Shown in pieces: positions 45,455 to 55,741 of a DNA stretch of 64,000 nucleotides (positions within the stretch are counted from its first letter, which is position 1; the number at the start of each line of letters is the position of its first letter). The notes beneath the pieces were generated by a model, which had not been told where the DNA came from, did no database searches, and saw nothing but the letters and a program-made list of their open reading frames with translations. Made by a program: the position numbers and the translations under genes. The stretch is from Escherichia coli (GTDB lineage Bacteria > Pseudomonadota > Gammaproteobacteria > Enterobacterales > Enterobacteriaceae): assembly GCF_003790525.1 (NCBI RefSeq), contig NZ_CP033635.1. One strand, written 5' to 3'.

Positions 45455-45856
45455 TTATTCACTGTCGCCGTGTTTAAATCGTAACAGGTCGCGGCGCTCT
45501 TTTTTGTCCGGGCGTCGGTCCGGATGCGGCATGGTTAAGGCATTAAGTTTACGTGCCAGCGCCATTTTTTCGCGTTTCTCTACACTTTCCGCAGTCTCTT
45601 CATACAGCAAGGCTGCCTCGCTGGCGGGGCGACGCTGTTCAGTAATCGCCTTTACAATCACCGTGCGTTCGTCATTTCCCTGGCGCAGAGTGAGCGTGGC
45701 ATTCAGCTCGACGATTTTGCTTGGCTTGCTGCGCTGCCCGTTGTAATGCACCTTACCGCCTTCAATCATTTCACGGGCCAGCGCGCGGGTTTTATAAAAA
45801 CGGGCAGCCCATAGCCATTTATCCAGTCGAACCTCAACAGCAGGTTTTTCTTTCAT
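45455..45856 (-). CDS. hslR: ribosome-associated heat shock protein Hsp15 (133 aa)
   Basis: S4-like RNA-binding ORF directly upstream of hslO (VRLDKWLWAARFYKTRALAREMIEGGKVHYNGQ). Confidence 0.9.
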   Translation of the reverse strand: MKEKPAVEVRLDKWLWAARFYKTRALAREMIEGGKVHYNGQRSKPSKIVELNATLTLRQGNDERTVIVKAITEQRRPASEAALLYEETAESVEKREKMALARKLNALTMPHPDRRPDKKERRDLLRFKHGDSE

Positions 45857-45866
45857 GGCATCTCCT

Positions 45867-46535
45867 TCACATTAGCGAGGGGATCAGGCGGCGGTAGTCA
45901 TTCAGTGACGGATGGCGTTGATACTGTTTCTCGGCAATCCCGGAGTCAGGATTAGTCACACCGAGGCAGTAACGAATACCAAATTGCGCGGCAGCATCGA
46001 GAATCGCTTCGCTGTCATCAATAAACAGCGTTCTTTCAGCTTTAAGACCCGTAGCTTCGGCCACCGCATGCCATAACCGCTGATCCTCTTTCGGATAACC
46101 AAATGTGTGGGTGGAAAGTAATAAATCAAGGTGTGCGTCCAGACCGGTATGCTCAAGTTTTACCGCCAGGTTGTGCGGATGCGCATTGGTGAGCAAAATT
46201 CGCTGCTTACCGCTGGCTTTCAGTGCCTCAAGAAACGGAATGGTATCTTCACGCAGTACGGCGCGCGGTCCCATCTCGGTGGTCATCGCACAGATATCCA
46301 GACCCAGTTGCTCACTCCAGTAATCAAGACAGTACCAGTTTAGCGTATGCTGTACGTCGTGATATTGCTGGCGCATATATTCCATCGCTTCCTGTGGCGT
46401 AACCCCGTTTTTCGCGCCCCATGTTTCAGGCACCAGCTTTTGCCAGAAATAGTTATCGAAGGCGAGGTCGAGCAACGTGCCGTCCATATCCAGCAGAACG
46501 GTATCTACGTCCTGCCAGGCAATGTTGATATGCAT
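45867..46535 (-). CDS. yrfG: HAD-family GMP/IMP nucleotidase (222 aa)
   Basis: HAD motif I LLDMDGTLLD; start trimmed to MHINIAWQDVDT (track ORF starts at 46580). Confidence 0.85.
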   Translation of the reverse strand: MHINIAWQDVDTVLLDMDGTLLDLAFDNYFWQKLVPETWGAKNGVTPQEAMEYMRQQYHDVQHTLNWYCLDYWSEQLGLDICAMTTEMGPRAVLREDTIPFLEALKASGKQRILLTNAHPHNLAVKLEHTGLDAHLDLLLSTHTFGYPKEDQRLWHAVAEATGLKAERTLFIDDSEAILDAAAQFGIRYCLGVTNPDSGIAEKQYQRHPSLNDYRRLIPSLM

Positions 46536-46599
46536 GAGGGAAATCTCCAGAGTGAAGCAATTTGCGCGACAGGGTAGCATAACCTGCCGCGCAAACGTG

Positions 46600-48735
46600 T
46601 TATTCGATAAGGCTTTCTGAAGGGGTGATCAGTTGCGGGTTCAGGCAGCTTTCATAATAGGCCTGAATCTTCATCATGCGAGTGCGATGACGCTGGTAAC
46701 GACGCCAGGCCTGTACGCCATTATAAATGGCGCTACCCAGCATCGTCAGTAGCAGCAGCGTGGTGCTGAGATAGCGCCACAGGCCGGAACGATCCGGGAT
46801 CGGATGAAGGCCAATATGCTGCGTACCATTGGCGTCAGTGAAGATTTTTGTGACGATACCTTCGGCGTTAAACGGCGTATGCATCAGCATTTGTGCCAGT
46901 TTCTGGAAAGCGTTCCACTGTTCTTGCGGCGGGTAGTCGTAAAGTGATGCCGAAGGCCAGGGCTGATCAACAAAATCGCTGCCTTCGTCGCTGACAATCA
47001 GGAATCCACCGGGGGCCGGACTGTTTAGTGATTGTGCCGCTCGCGCCGTTTCATGCGTGATAAACGGCGCGGTGGAGGTTGCCACCAGGTTATCCAGTGA
47101 TTCCGCACTCACCGGGCGTAATAACACATTCACGCCATCGAGTTTCCCGGCGTTGGCGCGTTTTACCAGCGCGTCCCAGTCTTTACTGTTGCCGAGATTG
47201 ACCAGCGCATTTTTCAGTCGCACACAGTCATCTTTGGCAGAACATAAATCCGCTGTCTTCAGTACAATGTCGCCAAAATCATCAAGCAATACCATGCCGG
47301 ATTTTTGAATTGCTGAACGTAATGAGGCGCTGACGCGAGATTCATCTTCCGGTTTAGGGTGCAGCTGGCGATTAACTGCTTCGGTCAAAGCCGTCGCTTT
47401 GTTGACCAGTTCAGATTCTGGTAATGGCAATGAGCGGGCGTCATTCCAGATGATCTGCGAGCAGTCAAACGGTAAAAAAGGTGAATTGGTTTTCGCGCTC
47501 CAGGTTCCGGAAGTGCGAATATTACACATTCCCGTACCGCTAATACGCAATGTATCGCCAACCCGCACGCCAGCGTCAGCCAGTTGTTTTACGCTGGTGG
47601 CTTCAATGGTCTGTGCGCCTTTCATCCACGAGAGGGTGAATTTCAGCGGCATATCCAGCGGGATCCAGAATAACAGCATAAACAGCACCAGCAGCGAGCC
47701 CGCAGCGATAATCGTACTGCGCAGCCAGTGCTGTAACGGAAAGTTTTTTACTTCATCATGCAGCGAAAGATATCGCCCCTGACGCACTACGTGGCGGTCG
47801 AGATAGATATCGATATCGGTTTGTTGACCAAGATCCTGAGCAATGTAGGGCTGCCAGTGTGCGGGATAGACCAGGTCGATAATACCGAGTGAAATATTGT
47901 TGATCTGTTCCTGATCGTTTTCGCCAAACAATCCCCAACGACGGGGTGTGCCGCGTAGACAATGAATTTCCCGCAGGGAGGATTTTGCCGGGGGCGCGAA
48001 TAGCCCCCACAGTCCTGCGCCCAGCAGCAGTAACGCGCCGCCTGCCAGCCACGGAACAAATACATCCGGGGTAATCAGGCAGAAAAAGAACATCAGGAAG
48101 GAGGCTACAATCAGCAACGCTTCGCGCAGCCCGCGCGGACGACTTAGCGCATACTCTTCGTGCGTTTCTTTGCGAATATTGAGTAGCTCGATTTGCTCAC
48201 TCTCTTCCCCGCGAATCGACGCCTGTGTTGACGGAACAGGTTGCAAGGCATAGCCGCGAGTTTCCTGCATGTACTCCTGCAGCGTATGACCGTTGAGTGA
48301 AATAACCAGCGGCAGCGAATCGGTATGAATCAGTTCAACGGTATTCTCATCGTTGATGTACTGCTCCCAGAAAGGGGGCAGGTGGACTTCTACCGAATCG
48401 AGGTAGTAACGCCATTTATTCGGATCGTCGGTAGAGATGCCGTAACGCGTGATAGCGTGTGTTAGCATCATGACGTTGTTGCTTTCGGCATTCAGCGCCA
48501 GAGAGATCGGTGCCGCGCTGGCTCCCGTTGGGCCAGGCACCTGTAATACCTGCGTCAGGCTCTCAAGATAATTTTCAACGGCGCTACGTTCTTCAGGTGT
48601 GAGTTTGCGCGTTTGCGCGTCTGCGAAAGCGTTGGTCCAGGGCAGTTGACGCCGTCTGGATCGCACTTTTATCAGCCATCCCGCAAGTAGTGAGCAGGCC
48701 AGCAAAGCAGCTAAAAAAATCACAATGGTGCTCAT
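46600..48735 (-). CDS. igaA: inner-membrane regulator of the Rcs phosphorelay, IgaA (711 aa)
   Basis: Full-length ORF with N-terminal TM segments and large soluble domains; conserved position next to yrfG. Confidence 0.85.
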   Translation of the reverse strand: MSTIVIFLAALLACSLLAGWLIKVRSRRRQLPWTNAFADAQTRKLTPEERSAVENYLESLTQVLQVPGPTGASAAPISLALNAESNNVMMLTHAITRYGISTDDPNKWRYYLDSVEVHLPPFWEQYINDENTVELIHTDSLPLVISLNGHTLQEYMQETRGYALQPVPSTQASIRGEESEQIELLNIRKETHEEYALSRPRGLREALLIVASFLMFFFCLITPDVFVPWLAGGALLLLGAGLWGLFAPPAKSSLREIHCLRGTPRRWGLFGENDQEQINNISLGIIDLVYPAHWQPYIAQDLGQQTDIDIYLDRHVVRQGRYLSLHDEVKNFPLQHWLRSTIIAAGSLLVLFMLLFWIPLDMPLKFTLSWMKGAQTIEATSVKQLADAGVRVGDTLRISGTGMCNIRTSGTWSAKTNSPFLPFDCSQIIWNDARSLPLPESELVNKATALTEAVNRQLHPKPEDESRVSASLRSAIQKSGMVLLDDFGDIVLKTADLCSAKDDCVRLKNALVNLGNSKDWDALVKRANAGKLDGVNVLLRPVSAESLDNLVATSTAPFITHETARAAQSLNSPAPGGFLIVSDEGSDFVDQPWPSASLYDYPPQEQWNAFQKLAQMLMHTPFNAEGIVTKIFTDANGTQHIGLHPIPDRSGLWRYLSTTLLLLTMLGSAIYNGVQAWRRYQRHRTRMMKIQAYYESCLNPQLITPSESLIE

Positions 48736-49054
48736 GCTTTCCCCATCTTACTTAGTCTGTCAGGCGTGGTCAGTCGCACCGGACACAATACATGATTCTG
48801 CGGTTGGCTATCGGCAAGCGTGGAGTTTAACTTGAGCATCATTAAGCACATCACAGTAACCGCTGATCATAGCAAACCCTCTGAAGGCGGAATATCAGCA
48901 AATTCCTGGAGTTATTTCAACCTATTGACTTTTAATTTGATTTGAGGATGATTATTTAATAAGTTACATAAATGTAAATAACATGCAATTCACATTGCCG
49001 AAAGCGTGTCCGATATCGCACAATAACCGCTGATTTCACAGCATAGATCCCACG

Positions 49055-49615
49055 ATGAGCAAATCATTACAAAAACCCACCATTCTGAATGTTGAAACTG
49101 TAGCCCGTTCACGACTGTTTACCGTCGAAAGCGTGGATCTGGAGTTCAGCAATGGCGTGCGGCGTGTTTATGAACGAATGCGTCCAACCAACCGGGAAGC
49201 GGTGATGATTGTGCCGATTGTGGACGATCACCTGATCCTGATCCGCGAATACGCAGTGGGAACGGAATCCTACGAATTAGGTTTTTCGAAAGGATTAATT
49301 GATCCGGGTGAAAGCGTCTACGAAGCCGCTAACCGCGAGCTAAAAGAAGAAGTGGGATTTGGTGCGAACGATCTGACTTTTTTGAAGAAGCTCAGCATGG
49401 CGCCGTCTTACTTTTCCAGCAAAATGAATATCGTGGTAGCGCAAGATCTCTATCCGGAATCGCTGGAAGGCGATGAGCCAGAGCCGCTACCACAGGTGCG
49501 CTGGCCGCTGGCGCATATGATGGATTTGCTGGAAGATCCTGACTTCAATGAAGCGCGTAATGTCAGCGCGCTGTTCCTCGTGCGCGAATGGTTGAAGGGG
49601 CAGGGGCGGTTGTAA
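49055..49615 (+). CDS. nudE: ADP compounds hydrolase (Nudix), 186 aa
   Basis: Nudix-box region GLIDPGESVYEAANRELKEEVG. Confidence 0.9.
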   Translation: MSKSLQKPTILNVETVARSRLFTVESVDLEFSNGVRRVYERMRPTNREAVMIVPIVDDHLILIREYAVGTESYELGFSKGLIDPGESVYEAANRELKEEVGFGANDLTFLKKLSMAPSYFSSKMNIVVAQDLYPESLEGDEPEPLPQVRWPLAHMMDLLEDPDFNEARNVSALFLVREWLKGQGRL

Positions 49616-49628
49616 ATGCGTGAAGTTT

Positions 49629-49653
49629 GCCTGATGCATAATGCTTATCAGGC
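49629..49653. repeat. REP-like palindrome downstream of nudE
   Basis: gcctgatgcataatgcttatcaggc. Confidence 0.4.
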
Positions 49654-49755
49654 CTGTGCGGCTCCTGCAATATATTGATTTTTCTAGATGTTGCCAGACG
49701 GGTAAAGTGTTCACGCCGTATCCGGTATAAACAAAGTGCACTTTGTCAGCAAACA

Positions 49756-49779
49756 GAAAAAGGCGCCGAAGCGCCTTTT
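49756..49779. terminator. bidirectional rho-independent terminator between nudE and mrcA
   Basis: aaaaa ggcgc cgaa gcgcc ttttt: hairpin with an A-run on one side and a T-run on the other, 4 nt from the mrcA stop. Confidence 0.6.
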
Positions 49780-49782
49780 TAA

Positions 49783-52335
49783 TCAGAACAATTCCTGTGC
49801 CTCGCCATTATCGATAATGGTCGTTCCCACCTCGTGCACCGCCTGTTGTGTCGGCTGCGTACCTTCGATGAAATACTCTTCGCGGCTGTTGCCACCATTA
49901 GCTAACTGCCCGGTGCTGCGATCGATATTCACCGTCACAATACCCGGCGGCGGCGTCAGCGGCTGCTCCGGCACACCTTCAAGAACGGCTTTCATATAAG
50001 CGTCCCATGCAGGCTGGGCACTCTTGGCACCGCCTTCGTAACCTGAGATCTGATCTTTAATCGCTCCAGAAGCCGTTGTATGACCGAGATTACGACGGTG
50101 ATCATCAAAGCCAATCCAGACCGAGGTCACAACGCCCGGACCGTAACCCGAGAACCACGCATCTTTCGAACTGTTAGTGGTACCCGTTTTTCCGCCTATA
50201 TCATGCCGTTGTAAATCACGACCTGCTCGCCAGCCAGTACCCTGCCAGCCTGGTTCACCAAAAATATTGGTGTTCAAGGCACTCTTAATCAGGAATGCCA
50301 GCGGTGTGTTGATGACGTGCGGTGCGTACTCCTGCGCGCCAGTCTTCGCCACTAACGCCTGATTTGCCTGCTCCAGCTGCGGCATTGGTACAGAAACATT
50401 CTGCTGCTCGCGGGAGATAGCGACATCTTCAACATCGTTATTTTCCAGAACGTTCGATTTCTGCGTATCACCGTAAATCACCGGAATATCGCATTCCGGG
50501 CAGGCTACTTTCGGTTTCGCTTCGAAAATCACGCCGCCCTGATCGTTTTCAATTTTGCTGATAAACCACGGGTCCACCAGGAAGCCGCCGTTCGCCATGA
50601 CCGCGTAGCCACGCGCCACCTGCATTGGGGTGAAGGACGCTGAACCCAGCGCCAGCGATTCGGTGTGGACAATGTTTTGTGCCGGGAAGCCGAAGCGTTG
50701 CAGATATTCTGCAGCGTAGTCGACGCCCATCGCCCGCATTGCGCGTACCATCACCACGTTTTTCGACTGACCCAGCCCCTGACGTAAGCGAATTGGACCA
50801 GCATATTGTGGCGGCGAGTTTTTCGGCTGCCAGTCAGAACCGGCACCTGCGTCCCAGCGAGAAATTGGCACATCGTTCAACATACTTGCCAGCGTCAGAC
50901 CTTTATCCATCGCCGCGGTGTAGAGGAACGGTTTGATGTTGGAACCCACCTGACGCAGTGCCTGGGTGGCGCGGTTAAACTTGCTCTGATTGAAATCAAA
51001 GCCACCGACCAGCGCCATAACGGCACCGTTTTGCGGATTGATCGACACCAGCGCCGAGTTCACTTCCGGCACTTGTGCCAGCCACCATGCATCGCCAACC
51101 TGACGAACCCAGATTTGCTGACCCGTTTGCAAAACATCGGTCACTTTACGCGGCGTCGGTCCCTGCTGAGTATCCGAACGGTAAGGACGCGCCCAGCGAA
51201 CGCCTTCCATACTCAATGCGACGGTCGACCCGTCCGCCAGCATCGCCGTCGCTTCCTGAGGATTGGCGCTGGTGACTGCGGCAGGCAGCAGAGGACCATA
51301 GGTCGGCAGCGCCTTCAACGTATCGGTAATCTTGTTGTTATCCCACGCCGATTCGCCCACTTTCCACAGCACATTTGCCGGGCCGCGATAGCCGTGGCGC
51401 ATGTCGTAGTCCAGCACGTTATTACGTACTGCCTGCTGTGCGGCCTGCTGTACTTTGCGGGTGATGGTGGTGTAAATGCGATAACCGTCTTCATAGGCAC
51501 TTTCGCCATAACGGTTATACATCTCCTGGCGCACCATTTCGCTCAGGTACGGCGCAGAGAAAACAATCTCCGGCGCGTGATAGTTAGCGTTAATCGCCTC
51601 AGTGTGTGTCTGATCGAACTGTTGTTGGGTGATATACCCTTCATCCAGCATCCGCGACAGTACGACGTTACGCCGCGCGACGGCACGATCCATTGAGTAG
51701 AGCGGATTAAAGGTGGAAGGCGCTTTCGGCAGCCCGGCTATCACCGCCATTTCGTTCAGCGTCAGTTGGTCGACCGTTTTACCGAAATAGACTTGTGCCG
51801 CAGCACCGACACCATAGGCGCGGTAACCGAGGTAAATCTTGTTCAGATAAAGCTCGAGGATCTCGTCTTTCGTCAGCAACTGTTCAATGCGAATCGCGAG
51901 GAAGACTTCCTTAATCTTACGCATCAGCGTGCGTTCTGGACTGAGGAAGAAGTTTCTCGCCAGCTGCTGGGTAATGGTACTCGCCCCTTGTGACGCGTGG
52001 CCGGAGAACAGCGCCACACTTGCCGCACGGAAGATCCCCACCGGGTCAACGCCGTGATGCTCGTAGAAGCGGCTGTCTTCCGTCGCGATAAAGGCTTTCA
52101 CCATCTCCGGCGGGATTTGATCCAACGTAACCGGAATACGACGTTTCTCACCGTATTGAGCAATCAGCTCGCCATCGGCGCTGTAAATCTGCATCGGAAT
52201 TTGCAGGCGAACATCTTTTAATGTCGCCACATCCGGCAGTTGTGGCTCGATGTAGCGGTATAGGCCATAAATCGAGCCTGCTCCCAGCAGAATGCAACAG
52301 ACTGCAAGGATCAAAAAATACTTTACGAACTTCAC
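49783..52335 (-). CDS. mrcA: penicillin-binding protein 1A (850 aa)
   Basis: Glycosyltransferase and transpeptidase motifs (SxxK ...SNIKPF..., KTGTT); N-terminus at a GTG codon (VKFVKYFLILAV) rather than the upstream ATG at 52359 used by the ORF track. Confidence 0.9.
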   Translation of the reverse strand: MKFVKYFLILAVCCILLGAGSIYGLYRYIEPQLPDVATLKDVRLQIPMQIYSADGELIAQYGEKRRIPVTLDQIPPEMVKAFIATEDSRFYEHHGVDPVGIFRAASVALFSGHASQGASTITQQLARNFFLSPERTLMRKIKEVFLAIRIEQLLTKDEILELYLNKIYLGYRAYGVGAAAQVYFGKTVDQLTLNEMAVIAGLPKAPSTFNPLYSMDRAVARRNVVLSRMLDEGYITQQQFDQTHTEAINANYHAPEIVFSAPYLSEMVRQEMYNRYGESAYEDGYRIYTTITRKVQQAAQQAVRNNVLDYDMRHGYRGPANVLWKVGESAWDNNKITDTLKALPTYGPLLPAAVTSANPQEATAMLADGSTVALSMEGVRWARPYRSDTQQGPTPRKVTDVLQTGQQIWVRQVGDAWWLAQVPEVNSALVSINPQNGAVMALVGGFDFNQSKFNRATQALRQVGSNIKPFLYTAAMDKGLTLASMLNDVPISRWDAGAGSDWQPKNSPPQYAGPIRLRQGLGQSKNVVMVRAMRAMGVDYAAEYLQRFGFPAQNIVHTESLALGSASFTPMQVARGYAVMANGGFLVDPWFISKIENDQGGVIFEAKPKVACPECDIPVIYGDTQKSNVLENNDVEDVAISREQQNVSVPMPQLEQANQALVAKTGAQEYAPHVINTPLAFLIKSALNTNIFGEPGWQGTGWRAGRDLQRHDIGGKTGTTNSSKDAWFSGYGPGVVTSVWIGFDDHRRNLGHTTASGAIKDQISGYEGGAKSAQPAWDAYMKAVLEGVPEQPLTPPPGIVTVNIDRSTGQLANGGNSREEYFIEGTQPTQQAVHEVGTTIIDNGEAQELF

Positions 52336-52454
52336 TGGAAATTTCCCATTTAGTTTCATTTGGGCAGTTTATAAACAAACGCGCGGTAGTATAAAGGCAA
52401 GCCAGACGCATTGATATACCCGTCAGAGTGACGGGTGATAAGGAGATCATCACA

Positions 52455-53234
52455 ATGGCATTTAAGATCTGGCAAATTGGTTTGCATTTACAACAGCAAG
52501 AAGCGGTAGCGGTTGCGATCGTGCGGGGCGCAAAAGAATGCTTTTTGCAACGCTGGTGGCGGTTGCCGCTGGAGAATGACATTATCAAAGATGGGCGGAT
52601 TGTTGATGCGCAGCGGCTGGCTAACACGTTGTTACCGTGGAGCCGCGAACTGCCGCAGCGTCATCACATTATGTTGGCGTTTCCCGCCAGTCGCACATTA
52701 CAGCGGTCATTTCCGCGCCCGTCGATGTCCCTTGGTGAGCGGGAGCAAACGGCCTGGCTGTCCGGGACGATGGCCCGTGAACTGGATATGGATCCGGACT
52801 CCCTGCGCTTCGATTACAGCGAAGACTCACTCAGTCCCGCCTATAACGTGACTGCCGCGCAAAGCAAAGAGCTGGCAACGCTGCTTACTCTGGCAGAAAG
52901 GTTGCGTGTTCATGTTAGCGCGATCACCCCGGATGCCAGTGCATTACAGCGATTCCTGCCTTTTTTACCTTCTCATCAGCAATGTCTGGCCTGGCGTGAT
53001 AACGAACAGTGGCTGTGGGCGACGCGCTATCGCTGGGGGCGCAAACTGGCGGTGGGGATGACTAGCGCGAAGGAGCTGGCGGCAGCGTTATCCGTTGATC
53101 CCGAAAGCGTCGCGCTATGTGGCGAAGGCGGATTTGATCCCTGGGAGGCCGTTTCTGTTCGTCAGCCGCCGCTACCGCCGCCAGGTGGAGACTTTGCCAT
53201 CGCGCTGGGGCTGGCGCTAGGGAAGGCGAACTGA
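52455..53234 (+). CDS. hofM: type IV pilus/competence assembly protein HofM (PilM-like), 259 aa
   Basis: MAFKIWQIGLHLQQQEAVAVAIV...; first gene of the five-gene overlapping hof cluster, divergent from mrcA. Confidence 0.8.
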   Translation: MAFKIWQIGLHLQQQEAVAVAIVRGAKECFLQRWWRLPLENDIIKDGRIVDAQRLANTLLPWSRELPQRHHIMLAFPASRTLQRSFPRPSMSLGEREQTAWLSGTMARELDMDPDSLRFDYSEDSLSPAYNVTAAQSKELATLLTLAERLRVHVSAITPDASALQRFLPFLPSHQQCLAWRDNEQWLWATRYRWGRKLAVGMTSAKELAAALSVDPESVALCGEGGFDPWEAVSVRQPPLPPPGGDFAIALGLALGKAN

Positions 53235-53773
53235 TGAACCCGCCAATTAATTTTTTGCCCTGGCGACAGCAACGCCGGACCGCTTTTCTGCGTTTCTGGT
53301 TGCTGATGTTCGTTGCGCCTCTGCTGCTGGCCGTCGGGATTACGCTAATAATGCGTCTGACAAGCAACGCCGAAGCACGCGTAAACGCCGTTTTGCTTCA
53401 GGCGGAACAACAACTCGCTCGCAGCTTACAGATAACGAAACCACGTTTGCTGGAGCAACAGCAGTTACGCGAACAGCGTTTGCAAAGGCAGCGCCAGCGA
53501 CAATTTACCCGCGACTGGCAATCTGCGCTGGAAGCACTGGCGGCGCTTTTACCCGAGCACGCCTGGCTGACAACGATAAGCTGGCAGCAGGGAACGCTGG
53601 AGATCAAGGGGCTGACAACAAGCATTACCGCGTTAAACGCACTAGAAACGTCACTCCGCCAGGATGCATCTTTTCATCTCAATCAGCGGGGGGCCACGCA
53701 GCAGGATGCGCAGGGACGCTGGCAATTTGAGTATCAGTTAACAAGGAAGGTTAGCGATGGACATGCTCTTTGA
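53234..53773 (+). CDS. hofN: HofN (PilN-like), 179 aa
   Basis: Single N-terminal TM segment then coiled-coil region; start overlaps the hofM stop. Confidence 0.8.
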   Translation: MNPPINFLPWRQQRRTAFLRFWLLMFVAPLLLAVGITLIMRLTSNAEARVNAVLLQAEQQLARSLQITKPRLLEQQQLREQRLQRQRQRQFTRDWQSALEALAALLPEHAWLTTISWQQGTLEIKGLTTSITALNALETSLRQDASFHLNQRGATQQDAQGRWQFEYQLTRKVSDGHAL

Positions 53774-54197
53774 CTGGTGGTTCGCCGCATCACCCCGCCT
53801 CCGCCAGCTTTGCTGGGCATTCTGGTTGATGATGTTAGTTACGCTCATTTTTCTGTCATCGACACACCAGGAAGAGAGCGACGCATTAATTCGACTACGG
53901 GCGAGTCATCACCAGCAGTGGGCCGCACTGTATCGCCTGGTAGACACCACTTCCTTCAGCGAAGAAAAAACGCTGCCCTTTTCGCCACTGGATTTTCAGT
54001 TGCCCGGCGCGCAACTGGTTTCCTGGCATCCATCCGCGCAGGGAGGTGAGTTGGCGTTGAAAACGCTGTGGGAAGCAGTGCCGTCGGCATTTACACGGCT
54101 GGCAGAGCGCAACGTCAGCGTGAGCCGTTTTTCGTTAAGCGTGGAAGGTGATGATCTTTTGTTCACGCTACAACTGGAGACGCCGCATGAGGGGTAA
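53757..54197 (+). CDS. hofO: HofO (PilO-like), 146 aa
   Basis: Overlapping ORF in conserved operon position. Confidence 0.75.
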   Translation: MDMLFDWWFAASPRLRQLCWAFWLMMLVTLIFLSSTHQEESDALIRLRASHHQQWAALYRLVDTTSFSEEKTLPFSPLDFQLPGAQLVSWHPSAQGGELALKTLWEAVPSAFTRLAERNVSVSRFSLSVEGDDLLFTLQLETPHEG

Positions 54198-54591
54198 ACG
54201 CTGGTTGTTGGCAGGTATTGCATTGTGCCTTTTAACCGGTATGCGTGACCCTTTTAAACCGCCGGAAGATCTATGCCGGATTAGCGAACTTAGCCAGTGG
54301 CGCTATCAGGGGATAGTAGGGCGAGGCGAGCGCATCATCGGTGTAATAAAAGACGGGCAAAAGAAATGGCGACGGGTGCAGCAAAACGATGTGCTGGAAA
54401 ACGGCTGGACAATTTTACAGCTGACGCCAGACGCACTAACGCTGGGAACCGGAACAAACTGCGAACCGCCACAATGGTTGTGGCAACGGCAAGGAGATAC
54501 AAATGAAGCAATGGATAGCCGCACTACTGTTGATGCTGATACCCGGCGTACAGGCGGCAAAGCCGCAAAAAGTGACACTGATGGTGGATGA
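54187..54591 (+). CDS. hofP: HofP (PilP-like lipoprotein), 134 aa
   Basis: MRGKRWLLAGIALCLLTGM...; start trimmed from track ORF 54148. Confidence 0.7.
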   Translation: MRGKRWLLAGIALCLLTGMRDPFKPPEDLCRISELSQWRYQGIVGRGERIIGVIKDGQKKWRRVQQNDVLENGWTILQLTPDALTLGTGTNCEPPQWLWQRQGDTNEAMDSRTTVDADTRRTGGKAAKSDTDGG

Positions 54592-55741
54592 CGTTCCGGT
54601 AGCTCAGGTGTTGCAGGCGCTGGCTGAACAGGAGAAGTTGAACCTGGTGGTGTCGCCAGACGTCAGCGGTACGGTGTCGTTACATCTAACAGATGTTCCC
54701 TGGAAGCAGGCACTACAAACTGTAGTGAAAAGCGCCGGACTGATAACGCGCCAGGAGGGCAACATTCTCTCAGTGCATTCCATTGCCTGGCAGAATGACA
54801 ATATCGCCCGTCAGGAAGCGGAGCAGGCGCGGGCGCAGGCAAATCTGCCGCTGGAAAATCGCAATATTACTCTGCAATACGCCGACGCCGGAGAGCTGGC
54901 GAAAGCTGGGGAGAAGCTACTGAGTGCCAAAGGGAGTATGACCGTCGATAAACGCACCAATCGCCTTTTGCTGCGAGATAACAAAACGGCGTTAAGCGCC
55001 CTTGAACAGTGGGTAGCGCAAATGGATCTGCCGGTCGGGCAAGTTGAGCTGTCGGCGCATATTGTCACCATTAATGAAAAAAGTTTGCGTGAGTTAGGCG
55101 TGAAATGGACGCTGGCCGATGCGCAACAAGCTGGTGGCGTTGGGCAAGTCACCACGCTTGGCAGCGACCTCTCCGTAGCGACGGCGACAACGCATGTCGG
55201 TTTTAACATTGGGCGTATCAACGGACGTTTGCTGGATCTTGAGCTTTCTGCGCTCGAACAAAAACAGCAGCTGGATATTATCGCCAGTCCGCGTCTGCTG
55301 GCCTCACATCTTCAGCCTGCCAGCATTAAACAGGGGAGCGAAATTCCATATCAGGTTTCCAGCGGGGAAAGTGGCGCGACGTCGGTGGAATTTAAAGAGG
55401 CCGTCCTGGGGATGGAGGTCACGCCCACGGTGTTACAAAAAGGTCGCATCCGGCTGAAATTACACATCAGCCAGAACGTTCCGGGGCAGGTGCTACAGCA
55501 GGCCGATGGCGAAGTGCTGGCGATTGATAAGCAGGAGATCGAAACGCAGGTCGAGGTCAAAAGCGGAGAAACGTTGGCGCTGGGCGGCATTTTTACCCGT
55601 AAAAATAAATCGGGTCAGGATAGCGTACCGTTGCTTGGCGACATTCCCTGGTTCGGGCAATTATTTCGTCATGACGGAAAAGAAGATGAACGACGCGAGT
55701 TAGTGGTGTTTATCACGCCACGACTGGTTTCCAGTGAGTAA
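54503..55741 (+). CDS. hofQ: outer-membrane secretin HofQ (412 aa)
   Basis: Signal peptide plus secretin C-domain (GETLALGGIF...VVFITPRLV). Confidence 0.85.
   Translation: MKQWIAALLLMLIPGVQAAKPQKVTLMVDDVPVAQVLQALAEQEKLNLVVSPDVSGTVSLHLTDVPWKQALQTVVKSAGLITRQEGNILSVHSIAWQNDNIARQEAEQARAQANLPLENRNITLQYADAGELAKAGEKLLSAKGSMTVDKRTNRLLLRDNKTALSALEQWVAQMDLPVGQVELSAHIVTINEKSLRELGVKWTLADAQQAGGVGQVTTLGSDLSVATATTHVGFNIGRINGRLLDLELSALEQKQQLDIIASPRLLASHLQPASIKQGSEIPYQVSSGESGATSVEFKEAVLGMEVTPTVLQKGRIRLKLHISQNVPGQVLQQADGEVLAIDKQEIETQVEVKSGETLALGGIFTRKNKSGQDSVPLLGDIPWFGQLFRHDGKEDERRELVVFITPRLVSSE

Noticed and set aside
50806-51696. 296-aa plus-strand ORF inside mrcA
   Set aside because: Antisense to the conserved PBP1a transpeptidase region; R/H-rich junk translation.
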